Of a stretch of 64,000 nt of DNA, positions 39,029-49,532 are shown piece after piece. This DNA is from Alphaproteobacteria bacterium (GTDB lineage Bacteria; Pseudomonadota; Alphaproteobacteria; UBA828). Position 1 is the first letter of the stretch; each line of letters opens with the position of its first letter. The stretch is from contig OZ243972.1 of assembly GCA_965214705.1 (NCBI GenBank), positions 1,344,001 to 1,408,000 of the forward strand. The letters run 5' to 3'. Below the pieces are notes generated by a model. That model was not told the DNA's origin, did not search any database, and saw only the letters and a list, made by a program, of their open reading frames with translations. A program made the translations under genes and the position numbers.

Positions 39029-39085
39029 ACAAGGGGCGGGATGGAGAGAGAGAACCCGCCCGCCAGGCACGAAGGGAGCACCCGG

Positions 39086-39322
39086 ATGGGACGCTATCGC
39101 ACCGACCTCACGTTCGAGCTCGCCACGCCCGACGAGGTGCGCATCTACCGCGACGGCGCGTACATCGGCGACATCTACAAGGACGAGGACGTCCTCAACC
39201 CCGGCCGGCACCACTACCTGATCCACCTCTCCGAAGACTGGCGCGGCTGGAAGAGGGTGACCGACCGCCGGGAGCTCCGCGTCGCCGCGGAGCACTGGGT
39301 CGACACCCACCCGTTGCTATGA
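39086..39322 (+). CDS. Hypothetical protein
   Basis: GGAG RBS; GC3-rich 78-aa frame. Confidence 0.55.
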   Translation: MGRYRTDLTFELATPDEVRIYRDGAYIGDIYKDEDVLNPGRHHYLIHLSEDWRGWKRVTDRRELRVAAEHWVDTHPLL

Positions 39323-39939
39323 GTCCGCCAAACCGCCTTGCGGCGGTCGCGGCCAGGGCCGCGAAGCGGCTGCCGCCGCTTGGGTGGAGGGGAGGGACTG
39401 CTCCCCGTCGTGAAGTCCGATCGTGTCACACGTGCTCGCTTCAGCAACCCTGCGGGTCCTCCGGTCGCTCCGCTCCCTGCGGCCTGGCCCAAGAAACTCT
39501 AGGGCGGGCCGTGAAAGTCGCCGACCGTGAAGATCGCTTACCTCCAATCACCAACCGCCTCGCGTGGGGCACGCCGGCCCCTGAAGCGCGGGGCCGGCGT
39601 GTCGGGCCGGCGCTGGCTAACCGCCCGGCGTCCGCTCCCCGGCGCCCAACGCCTCGCGTGAAGGCGCGGCCTCGCGATCGTCCCGCAGGCCCGTTCCTGG
39701 ACGGGCGCCGGAGAGCGGACGCCTCGAAGGCCTACTCGAAACGCGGCCAGTCCCCACGGATGCGCGCCGGCCCTCCCCAAGCGGCACGAACGCGATCTTC
39801 CGCACCAAGATCGGCGACTTTCCGCACCAACTCCCGCCCAAGAGCTTCTAGGGCCAGGTGCTGCCGCTGCGCGCGCGTGCCCCGAAAGGACATCACGACG
39901 GGGCACAGGGTCCCGGAGGATACACAGAAGGAAATCGTC

Positions 39940-40860
39940 ATGACCGACACTCACATCGACACCCAGACCGCATCGCCCACCGCCGCCGTCTGCGAGAGCC
40001 TCGCGCTTTACGGCGGAAGCCCGGAGCGCGGCGAGTTCGACAGCCGCGACGTCTGGGACCGCGACGACGCCCTGGATGCGCTGTCCGAAGCGATCCGCGT
40101 GATCGTGGACGGCGTCACCGTCGAGGGGACGCAGATGGCCGACGAGCGCGAGCCGCTGCTGTGGGGCTTCGTGAACACGCTGCACAGCCAGGTCGCCCGC
40201 CTCGACCGCGCCGTCGACCGCATCGTCCCCGAGCTGCGCGACCTCGAACGCGCACAGGACGGCACCGAGGTGAAGGCCTGGGAGCTGGAGACCCTGACCG
40301 ACCGGGCGCGGAACCTCGGCGACCGCAGGGACGCGTTCGAGACCATGCGCGACACCGCCGCCGAAGCCTACCGCGTCCACACCGGAGAGGTCTGGCGCCC
40401 GCGTCACGGCTCGCACGCCAGCCAGACCGGCCAGCTCACCTCGGCCGCCATCGACGCCCGCGACTTCCGGCGCGCGCGGAAGGACCGCGAGACGCAGGCG
40501 CACCTGCCCGACGGCACGCTCGTCGCCATCACGGGCGGGAAGAACGTCGCCGACGCGGACGCGGTCTGGACCACGCTCGACCGCACGCGCGAGAAGCACG
40601 GCGACATGGTGCTCTTGCACGGCGGCGGCCCCGGCATCGAGAAGATCGCGGCGAGCTGGGCGGACGCGCGCGGCGTCGACCAGGTGGTCTGCCGCCCGGA
40701 CTGGACCGTGCACGGCAAGGCCGCGCCGTTCAGGCGGAACGACGAGCTGCTGAACCTGCTGCCGAAGGGCGTCATCGCGTTCCCCGGCTCAGGCATCACC
40801 GGGAACCTGGTCGACAAGGCCCGGCAGCTCGGAATCCCGGTCCACCACGTCGGCGCCTGA
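39940..40860 (+). CDS. DUF2493/SLOG (YspA-like) protein
   Basis: VAITGG, LLHGGG.G.E.IA..WA, APFRRND, AFPGSGITGNL. Confidence 0.85.
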   Translation: MTDTHIDTQTASPTAAVCESLALYGGSPERGEFDSRDVWDRDDALDALSEAIRVIVDGVTVEGTQMADEREPLLWGFVNTLHSQVARLDRAVDRIVPELRDLERAQDGTEVKAWELETLTDRARNLGDRRDAFETMRDTAAEAYRVHTGEVWRPRHGSHASQTGQLTSAAIDARDFRRARKDRETQAHLPDGTLVAITGGKNVADADAVWTTLDRTREKHGDMVLLHGGGPGIEKIAASWADARGVDQVVCRPDWTVHGKAAPFRRNDELLNLLPKGVIAFPGSGITGNLVDKARQLGIPVHHVGA

Positions 40861-40884
40861 GGTCGGCGCGCCTGCCACTCGCAA

Positions 40885-40926
40885 GGGCCGGTCCTTCGCT
40901 GCCGCGAGGGATCGGCCCCCTTTTTT
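40885..40926 (+). terminator. Intrinsic terminator
   Basis: GGGCCGGTCCTTCGC-tgcc-GCGAGGGATCGGCCC, then a T6 run. Confidence 0.75.
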
Positions 40927-41795
40927 GCGCCGTGCCCGGTGCCGCGCATCGCGGCGCGGCGCTTCGCGCCGGCGCCGCTCGCGCTCCCGGCGCCGCCATC
41001 CCGCCTCGCTCCGCCCGACCGGGCTTCGCCTCCGGCTCGGCGCTGACGCGCCGTCGCCGGACGCTCACTGCTGCTTCCTTCCAGCTACGGCTCCTCCATC
41101 CTCAGCGCGTCGGCTCGCCGTCCTGCGGACGGCTTGTCGCCGCCGCGCTTCGCGTGCCGCCACCGGCCGCTTCCTCGAGCCTCGCTCTTTCCGTCATCGC
41201 ATCCGACGCCGCCAACAAGCGACCGCTTGCCTTCCTGTTCGGCGAGCCTTCGATCCCTACAGCCTCTCAGTCGTCTCCGTCCATGGTCGATGACGGCCCG
41301 GTATCGCCCGGTTTTCAGGTCAGATGGTAAGGGCGCCCGCCCGGTCCTTCGGACCGGTCGCCGGGCTCTGTTCCGCCGGGCGCGGCTCCGCCCCGCCCGG
41401 CTCCACAAGCCCGCTGCGCGGTCTTCGCCGTTCCGGTGACGATCCCTGCCGCCTTCGCTCCCTTCGGTCGCTGCGCGCTTCGCTTGCAGAACAAGGCGGC
41501 ACGGTCCCGTCTTTCCGCCGCCACGGCTCGGTCGCTCCGCTCCCATCGCCGGCGGCTCTCCCGACCTCAGGGACTCGCGCTTCGCGGCGCTTCGCTTCGC
41601 TCCGCCCTCGCTTGCGCCCGCCTCGCCGCCTTTCGGCGCCTCGCGGTCCCCCACGGCGTCGCAACGTGCCCGGCGCTGTCGCGCCGTCACCGCTGCTCGC
41701 CCTCTCTCCACATCGGCTACGCCGAACATCGACCACGGCTCATCGCTCTTCGAGCGATATCGCCCTCTCGCGCCCGGCGCTTCGCGCCTGCGCGC

Positions 41796-42101
41796 TCAGA
41801 AGGGATCGCGTCCCGATTCCGTCTCCGCCGCCTGAGCCACGGCCTTCGCCGCCTTGCGTCCCGGCAGCTCCCCCTTGTCGAGGAACGCTTTGAGGCTCCT
41901 CTCTCCGATTTCGATTCCCCGCGTCTTCAACACTTCGTGCATCTGCGCCACCGTGACGCCCTTGGACCGTTGCTCGACCATACGGTCTCGCAGACGGTCC
42001 AGGACGTCCTTCAGGCTCAGCTTCGGCGGCGCCAGCTTCGCCAGGTCGCCGTCGATGGCCTCGAAGTCGATGTCCGTCTCGTTGAAGCGCCTCGCCGCCA
42101 T
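41796..42101 (-). CDS. Small mobilization accessory protein (MobC/StbA-like)
   Basis: Divergent from the relaxase; ..KGVTVAQMHEVLK.RGIEI..RSLKAFL; GGAG RBS. Confidence 0.6.
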   Translation of the reverse strand: MAARRFNETDIDFEAIDGDLAKLAPPKLSLKDVLDRLRDRMVEQRSKGVTVAQMHEVLKTRGIEIGERSLKAFLDKGELPGRKAAKAVAQAAETESGRDPF

Positions 42102-42486
42102 TGTATCTCCCTCTCTCTTCGACCACTACATCTGGTGTGTCCGCATGATCGGCTGTCGGCCCCACCGTGTCAACGACGAGCCCTTATCGGGCTCGTATGG
42201 CGCCCGACTCGTCGTTCGGTCACCGCGATCCTGCTTTGGAATCCCCGTCTGACATGGTATCCTCGCTCGTAATGGCTAACTACGAGATAAGCCACTCTTC
42301 ACACCTATGCACTACAGTGCCAGTTGCCGAGAAGAAAGGCCGATGATACAGTCGACGGCTGATGGATGTCACGAGTCTATTGGGTAACGATCTGAAGCCG
42401 ATGGCGACTCCCTCATTCGCTCTTGCGGCTGCGGCGCTGCGTGCAAGCACGGTCGCCGCGTATCTGCCGGGCAGGGACACCGCAAC
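42102..42486. other. Putative oriT region
   Basis: AT-richer gap between the divergent mob genes; IRs at 42176-83/42189-96 and 42266-71/42281-86; nic site not identified. Confidence 0.55.
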
Positions 42487-45400
42487 ATGGTAGCCACCCT
42501 CGCCCAGGCCGCCTCGGCCTCGTACTACCTGGAGAGCCAGCGCTCGTTCCGACACCCTAACGAGTACTACACGGCAGGCGAGGAGCCGGACGGGGTGTGG
42601 TTCAATCCCAAGGGCCTACTCGGCCTTGAGAACGGAGGCAAGGTCGACAGCGGCGACTTCCAGCGGCTCTACAATGGCTTCGCGCCGGACGGCTCCAGCA
42701 GGCTCACCAAGAACGCGGGCAGCGAGACGCGCTCGCCGGGCGTGGACATGACCTTCTCGGCCGACAAGAGTGTGTCCACGCTCTGGGCCCTCGCCGATCC
42801 GGCCCTGCGTGGTGAGATCGAGCAGGCTCACAACACCGCCGCCCGGGTGGCCCTGGAAGAGACCGTGTTCCGCTACTGCGCGTATACGCGGATCCGGGAC
42901 AGGGAGGGGCGTATCAGGGTTCTGCCTGCCGATATCTCCGTGGCGATGTTCCAGCACGGCACCAGCCGTGAGAACGACCCGCAGCTTCATACCCACTGCG
43001 TGATCTTCAACGCGGCTCGCACGCACGAGGACGGCAAGTGGCGGGCCATGCACCAGTACCCGGTCTACAGCTGGGCCAAGGCTGCGGGCGCCGTCTACCG
43101 CAATGCCCTGGCCTGGAACCTGCGCGAGCGCCTCGGCATTCGCATGGAGCAGTACGGTCCCAATGCCGGGTTCACCCGCATCCAGGGCATGCCGGAGGAC
43201 CTGCAGGTCTTCTGGTCGAAGCGGCGGAAGGCGATCGTCGCCAAGGCCAGAGAGCTGGGCATTCCCTCGCTCGGCAACGCCTCGCGCATGGCCGGCGTCA
43301 ACAAGCTGACGCGGGCCGGCAAATCCCATGACAACGACCCGGAGGTACGTCACCGGCGCTGGATGGGTGAGGCGGAGGGTTTCGTCGAGCGCGAGGCGCT
43401 GATCGCCTCGGTGACCGGGCACGAAGTGAAGATCGATCAAGAGGCGATCCGGGAGCTGACGGACCGCCTCGACGATCTACCCGCTCACCTGGCTCGGGAA
43501 GAGGCCGTGTTCCGCCGTCCCGACATGGTGGAAGCGGCCGCGAATGCGGCGGCAGGCCTGATCGGCCCCGAAGCGCTGAAGACCTCCATCGAGCGGCTTC
43601 GCCGCAACCCCGAGATCGAGCGGCTGGAGCCGAAGAAGCCGACGGCAGAATCCCTCGCCGGCATGGTGCACACCGAGGTCTATTCCACCCGGCACAACCT
43701 CGGGCTCGAACAGGCCGTGAAGGACATGACGGCGGCCATGGCGACCGATACCGGCCACGGCCTGCCGGAAGAGGCGGTGAAGGAGAAGGTGGACGCACTG
43801 TTGGAGCAGGGATATCCGCTGAGCCAGGAGCAGTCGCTGGCCATCCGTCATGCCACCGTGAAGGGCGGCCGCGTGGTGGTGATCGAGGGTGCGGCGGGCT
43901 CGGGCAAGACCACCACGCTTCGTCCCATCACCGACCTCCACAAGGAGCGCGGCTACGAGATCGTGCCGACTGCAGTCGCCTGGCGCACTGCGGTGGCGCT
44001 CGGCGACGACTGTCACGCCAGGGCCTACTGCGTGGACAAGCTTCTCAAGCTCGCCGCCAAGGAGCAGGTCGAAATTGGCCCCAGAACCCTGATCGTGGTG
44101 GACGAGGCGGGGATGCTGTCCACCCGCCAGGCCCATCACATCCTGCAGCTCTCCGAGCGCCACGGCGCGAAGGTGGTGTTCGCCGGCGACACCCGCCAGC
44201 AGCAGCCGGTGGAGGCCGGCCCTGGGCTGCGGCTGATCCGCGACGTCGCCGGCAGCGTCCGCGTCGACCGCATCAGGCGCCAGAAGGCGGACCTCGAGGA
44301 CGTGCTGGTCCATGTCCACAAGGAGACGCCGGAGCAGGCGCGCTTCAGGGCCGGGCTGACCAATCGGCAGGAGCGCGACGCAATCCTTGCTGAGTACGAA
44401 GCACTGGAGAAGAAGCCCCTGTTCACGCCGTGGCAGCTGGCGGTCTCGGAGGCGCTCAGGGACGGCGAAGCCGAGAAAGCCATCGAGGCGTGGCATGTGC
44501 GCAACCGGATTCATCTCTGCCACGACGAGGAGAAGACGCTCACGAAGCTGGTGGACGACTGGGAGCGCCACGTGCGCGCACAGCCCGGCACGTCCACCGT
44601 CGTGCTCTCGCGCACGAAGGCGGAGGGCCGGGCGTTGTCGTGGCTGATGCGTCAGCGCATTCTCGCGCGGACCCCCGACGCGAAGCGCGCGGTCATCGAG
44701 GTGAGCCGGGACCTGGACGGGCGCCTGACGGAGCCGCTGGAGATCGCGGTGGGCGACCGCATCCGCATCGGCGCCACGCAGTGGGAGAAGCAGCTCTTCA
44801 ACGGCACCGTGGTCACGGTCGAGGACCTCGAAGTCAGGCCCGCAGAAGCTGCGGCGGTGTCGCGCAAGGCCCAGAACCGGCTAGCCGGCGGAGCCGCCGG
44901 GCGCACGGCGGAGCCGGACAGCGGCGCTCCCGAGCCGGAGTACTCCGTCCACATTACCGCGCGCACCGACGATGGGCGGCGCGTCACGTTCCGCCACGAC
45001 GAGATCCGCGACTGGCACGACAACATCCGCCTCGACTACGGCTACGCCATGACCATCGCCTCGGCCCAGGGGTTGACCGTGGACAGGGCGTTCCTCCTGG
45101 TGGACGACCGGCCGGCGCGCGAGACGATCTATCCGGCCGCCACACGGCACCGCGAGGCGCTCGACATCTACGTAAACCGGGCGCCGCTCGCCTTCGACAT
45201 CGCCGAGCACCGGCCGGAGGACGAGGCGGAGCGGCCCGTCCTCGACAGCGACGTCCGGGCGTATCTCGCCGAGCGCTGGTCGCGCTCGCAGCCCAAGGCG
45301 GCGGCTCTCGACTACGTCTCCGGTGGCATGTGGCGGGATGCGCGGGAGGACGCGCAGCATCACGAGCGCGATGCCGGAGACACGCGGCAAGGGACGGCCG

Positions 45401-46596
45401 AGTATCGTGGGCCGGCCAACGACAACGCGCTGATCCGCATCGCCCAGGAGATTCGGCACGCGGTCAACGGCTGGCGACACGGCACGGCAGTAGACGCGTT
45501 TGCGGCCGAGCGCAGCGAGGTTCTGGCGGCCTGGGACCGGCTGCGCGAGCAGGCGCGCGACGAGGGCGACGCGGTGGCGCTGAGCCCGGCCTTCCGCAAG
45601 ACCCTGGGCAGGCACGGCGCCCTGATGAAGCAGGCCGCCTCATTCAGGGCCCGGCCGCGCATATTCGAACGGTTGCTGGCGGAGCGCGCCGGGATCGGTC
45701 AGGGGGAGCTGGAGGAATTGCGCGAGGTGCATGCCCGCGCTCGCAAGTACCTGCGCTCGGTCAGCGCCAGGACGACTTCCGCCACCCGGCAAGCCGCGCA
45801 GCCCGAGGAAGCAAGAACCGGGATCGTTGCGGCGGATGCCCCGGCTCACGTCCCCGAGTCAACCGTCGACGAGCACGCAAAGGTACAGCCGAGCCAGCCG
45901 GCCGCTCCCGATCCCAGGCACGACACCGAACCCACCTGGGAGACCCTATACGACCGGCTGGAGCGCGACTGGAACGAACATGTCACCGTCGCCAACCGGG
46001 CCGGACTGCCGCTCCCGCTCGTGCGCGGGTACGACGAACTGATCGGCCGCGTGCAGGACCTCGCCGAACATCCGCGACTCCCCTCGACGGAGCGGGAGGA
46101 ACTGACAGGACTACTCGACTACCACCGCACGGAGACGGCCGCCCGCAGTGCCGTCCATGACTACGTCGCAGCGGCGGAGCGCCATGTGAAGGCCTTTGAG
46201 CCCCTCCAGCGCGATGCGGAAAGCCAGGGCGTACACGTTTCCGAGGTCGCCGGTTGGCCCGAGTGGCGCCACGAAGCGCAGCGTCTGGCAGAGGCCGGCA
46301 GAGCGATCCTTGCAGACGAGGGCACCTACGGTGCCTATCTTGACGCCCTTGCCGCCGGAAAGCCACGCGCTAGGCTTACGGTCGACCAGTTGCGCACCCG
46401 CATCGAGGACGGACGCGTCAAGGCAGCCAAGCCGGAGATACCCGAACCCCGCCGCGATTCCGCGGCCAAGCAGCAGGAGGGTATCGCGTATGTCCTTGAA
46501 GACCCCGCGAAGCTCAAGGAGCTCAGGGAGCAGCTCAAGAGGCGGGAGCGCCAAGTCGGTAGGCAACACAAGAGAAGCCGGGGCCTCAGCATCTGA
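42487..46596 (+). CDS. MOBF (TrwC/TraI-like) relaxase-helicase
   Basis: YY...YY, DMTFSADKSVS, HGTSRENDPQLHTH, GAAGSGKTT, VDEAGM, GYAMTI..AQG.TVD. Confidence 0.95.
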   Translation: MVATLAQAASASYYLESQRSFRHPNEYYTAGEEPDGVWFNPKGLLGLENGGKVDSGDFQRLYNGFAPDGSSRLTKNAGSETRSPGVDMTFSADKSVSTLWALADPALRGEIEQAHNTAARVALEETVFRYCAYTRIRDREGRIRVLPADISVAMFQHGTSRENDPQLHTHCVIFNAARTHEDGKWRAMHQYPVYSWAKAAGAVYRNALAWNLRERLGIRMEQYGPNAGFTRIQGMPEDLQVFWSKRRKAIVAKARELGIPSLGNASRMAGVNKLTRAGKSHDNDPEVRHRRWMGEAEGFVEREALIASVTGHEVKIDQEAIRELTDRLDDLPAHLAREEAVFRRPDMVEAAANAAAGLIGPEALKTSIERLRRNPEIERLEPKKPTAESLAGMVHTEVYSTRHNLGLEQAVKDMTAAMATDTGHGLPEEAVKEKVDALLEQGYPLSQEQSLAIRHATVKGGRVVVIEGAAGSGKTTTLRPITDLHKERGYEIVPTAVAWRTAVALGDDCHARAYCVDKLLKLAAKEQVEIGPRTLIVVDEAGMLSTRQAHHILQLSERHGAKVVFAGDTRQQQPVEAGPGLRLIRDVAGSVRVDRIRRQKADLEDVLVHVHKETPEQARFRAGLTNRQERDAILAEYEALEKKPLFTPWQLAVSEALRDGEAEKAIEAWHVRNRIHLCHDEEKTLTKLVDDWERHVRAQPGTSTVVLSRTKAEGRALSWLMRQRILARTPDAKRAVIEVSRDLDGRLTEPLEIAVGDRIRIGATQWEKQLFNGTVVTVEDLEVRPAEAAAVSRKAQNRLAGGAAGRTAEPDSGAPEPEYSVHITARTDDGRRVTFRHDEIRDWHDNIRLDYGYAMTIASAQGLTVDRAFLLVDDRPARETIYPAATRHREALDIYVNRAPLAFDIAEHRPEDEAERPVLDSDVRAYLAERWSRSQPKAAALDYVSGGMWRDAREDAQHHERDAGDTRQGTAEYRGPANDNALIRIAQEIRHAVNGWRHGTAVDAFAAERSEVLAAWDRLREQARDEGDAVALSPAFRKTLGRHGALMKQAASFRARPRIFERLLAERAGIGQGELEELREVHARARKYLRSVSARTTSATRQAAQPEEARTGIVAADAPAHVPESTVDEHAKVQPSQPAAPDPRHDTEPTWETLYDRLERDWNEHVTVANRAGLPLPLVRGYDELIGRVQDLAEHPRLPSTEREELTGLLDYHRTETAARSAVHDYVAAAERHVKAFEPLQRDAESQGVHVSEVAGWPEWRHEAQRLAEAGRAILADEGTYGAYLDALAAGKPRARLTVDQLRTRIEDGRVKAAKPEIPEPRRDSAAKQQEGIAYVLEDPAKLKELREQLKRRERQVGRQHKRSRGLSI

Positions 46597-49199
46597 GTCT
46601 CGACGTCGCCCCGATTCCGATTGATGGGGCACCACGAGCGAACCCGCGTTGCCCAGCGACCAAAACAGATGCCGTAATGGGGCACGGCATCAACCTGCAC
46701 CGTTGGAGCCTGTACCGATGGCGGCGAATCGGGGTGTCGTTGCCCTTACACGCTGAGCGTGTCCACGGGGTCTTGCCGAAAGGCGCGCCCCAATCCCTCG
46801 AAAGGAAAGGGCAACGATGGAGTGGACGCCCCCTCCCGACGGCATCGAATCGTGCCAAGGTGGTGTCGTGTTGAACCACCTGAGGAAGGAGGCGTCCATG
46901 GAGAAAGTTACCATCATCGGGATCGACTTGGCGAAGAACAGCTTTCAGCTGCACGGGGCGCGGGATGATGGCTCCGTCGCATTCCGGAAGAAGCTAAGCC
47001 GCGGAAAGTTGCTCGACTTCCTCGCCGGCCAACAATGCTGTGTGGTCGCCATGGAGGCCTGCGCGAGCGCGCACTATTGGGGTCGCGAGGCCCAAGCGCT
47101 TGGACACGAAGTCAAGTTGGTCCCGCCGATCTACGTGAAGCCGTTCGTGAAGCGGCATAAGAACGATATGGCTGACGCGGAGGCGACCACCGAAGCGGCG
47201 CAGCGCCCAACCATGAGATTTGTGGCCGTGAAGACGGAAGAGCAGCAGGCCATGGGGATGCTGTTCCGCACACGCGATCTCCTGGTACGCCAGCGCACGC
47301 AAACGATCAATGCTCTGCGGGGTCACTTGGCGGAGTTCGGCGTCATCGCTCCGCAGGGGCCGGCTCATGTCAGTCGGTTGGAAGCAGCACTCATGGATCC
47401 GGGCTCGGGGCTACCGGAGGGGGTTCGTGAACTGGGTGGCCTTCTGCTGGAGCAGATCGCGGGCCTCAACTTGAAGATCGTCGGTTTGGAGAAGGAGCTC
47501 CGCGCCTGCGCGCGCCAGGACGAAGAAGCTTCGCGACTGATGACGATACCAGGCGTCGGGCCGATCACCGCAATGGCGGTTCAAGCATTCGCGCCTCCGA
47601 TGGAGAGCTTCCGTCGCGGGCGCGACTTCGCCGCGTGGCTCGGGCTCGTTCCAAGGCAGCACACGACCGGCGGCAAGCCGAGGCTGGGCAAGATATCCAA
47701 GATGGGCCAACGTGATCTCAGACGGCTCTTGGTCGTGGGTGCCATGGCGGAGATCGCTTGGGTAGTTCGTCGCGGCACCACAAAGGATCCGTGGTTGCTC
47801 AGTATGATGGAGCGCAAACCGCGCAAGGTTAAGGGTTGGGCAGGCTCTCTCTCGAGAGCCTGCCCAACCCTTTTGAACGAAGCCGCGGGCCACGAGAGGC
47901 GAAGTTGAGCTATGTGGAAAGTGCGCTGATGTCAGCGTCAGGCGGCATCCACCGGCAGCAGAGTTGCGCATGAGATCGACGCTCGCGCCGGCCTTTCGGC
48001 AGGCATGCGGGCGCACGCTGCGAGGACTGAGCGGGATGTGAGCCGAGGGCTGTCAGCCCGGCCCAAGCGGAGACAGGTTCGGTCGTGCGTCGGCGCTTTG
48101 GCGCCGTTGCGCGGGGCCGAAGCGAGCGGGCGTCTCACGGTTTCCCCCTGTGGGTCGGCGGCACGGCCGGCGGACCGCGCGTCGAGCGGGGCTCATGGCG
48201 GCGGCGGATTTCGCGGACGAGGCGCATGACGCCGCCGCAGTGGGGGCAGGCCACGGGCGCGGTGCCGATCTCGGGCTCTTCGTCGGGCTCGGCCTGAGCG
48301 CCGTCCACGCTTCCCTCGGGGGCGGCGCAGCCGAGGGCGCCGAGAGCCTGGCGTGCTCTCTCCAGCGTGCTGGCGCGGCAGCCGTTGGCGAGAATGCCGA
48401 AGTAGCGGATGCGGTGCATGCCGTCCGGCAGGACGTGCATCAGGAAGCGGCGGATGAACTCGTCTGCGCTCACGGTGGCGATGCCGTAGCGCGGCTTTCT
48501 CTGCCCCGGCGCCTTCGGCTTGCGGTGGCGGAAGGAGACCGTCTCGCCGTCGAAGGAGACGATGCGGCTGTCGGAGATGGCGATTCTGTGAGTGTAGTGC
48601 GACAGGTACCGGAAGACCTGCTCAGGCCCGCGGAAGGGCCGCTTGGCGTAGACCACCCAGTCCCTGGCCCGGGCGGCGGCAAGCGTGGCGTGGAACTCGC
48701 CGGGATTGGCGAGGTGGGCGACGGTGCCGTGGAACTCCAGGTCCCCCCGGCCGTGGGCGCGGGCGAGCTCCTTGAGGAAGAGGCGGCGGAACAGGCTGCC
48801 GAGGACCTTGACGGGGGCGAGGAAGGTGGTGCTCCCCGTCTTCCACTCGCCGCTGTCTACGTCGAAGCCCGCGTTGGGCACGACCACGTGCAGGTGCGGG
48901 TGGAAGCGGAGCTTCTGATCCCAGGTATGGAGGACCGCGGTGCCGCCGATGCGCATGCCACCGTGGTGGGGATCGGCGGCGATGGTGCGCAGGGTCTCGG
49001 CGACGGCCCGGAAGAGGATGTCGAACACCACCCTTCGGTTGCAGAAGGCAATGGCGGCGACCTCCTTGGGCAGGGTGAAGACCACATGGAAGTAGGGCAC
49101 CGGCAGGATGTCCCCGGCGCGGGCCTCGCTCCAGAGGTTGGCGGCGAGACCCTGGCAGGTCGGGCAGTGGCGGTTGCGGCAGGAGTTCTTATGAGCTCT

Positions 49200-49532
49200 C
49201 TCCGCAAGGCCCGGCTTCATCTACGTCAATGGCATTCGCAATCTCTCCACTCGAATCCGCGGCCGATGTCCAGGCAGAACGTCGTTTCCACGCAGCGATC
49301 CGCCACGCTGCTCAGCTCTTATCCGGTTCGGAACTCCGGCGCTTGCCGGCTCCGTGACCCCAATACCGCATCCAGGCGGTGGTGACGTTCCGGGAGGCGG
49401 GACCCATCTGTAGAACGGTGCCAAGCGGCGACCCAACTCTTGCCCGGTCACACGCCTTGCCCGGCATCCTCCGCGGCCGCGTCCGACCACGTCGGAACCT
49501 CCTGTATTTTCCCGTTCGTTCGGCCGGTGCCC
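49200..49532 (-). ncRNA. Putative bridge/seek RNA of the inner IS110
   Basis: Target matches at 49434-44 and 49409-18, donor-junction matches at 49363-67 and 49316-22; RNA ends unknown. Confidence 0.65.
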
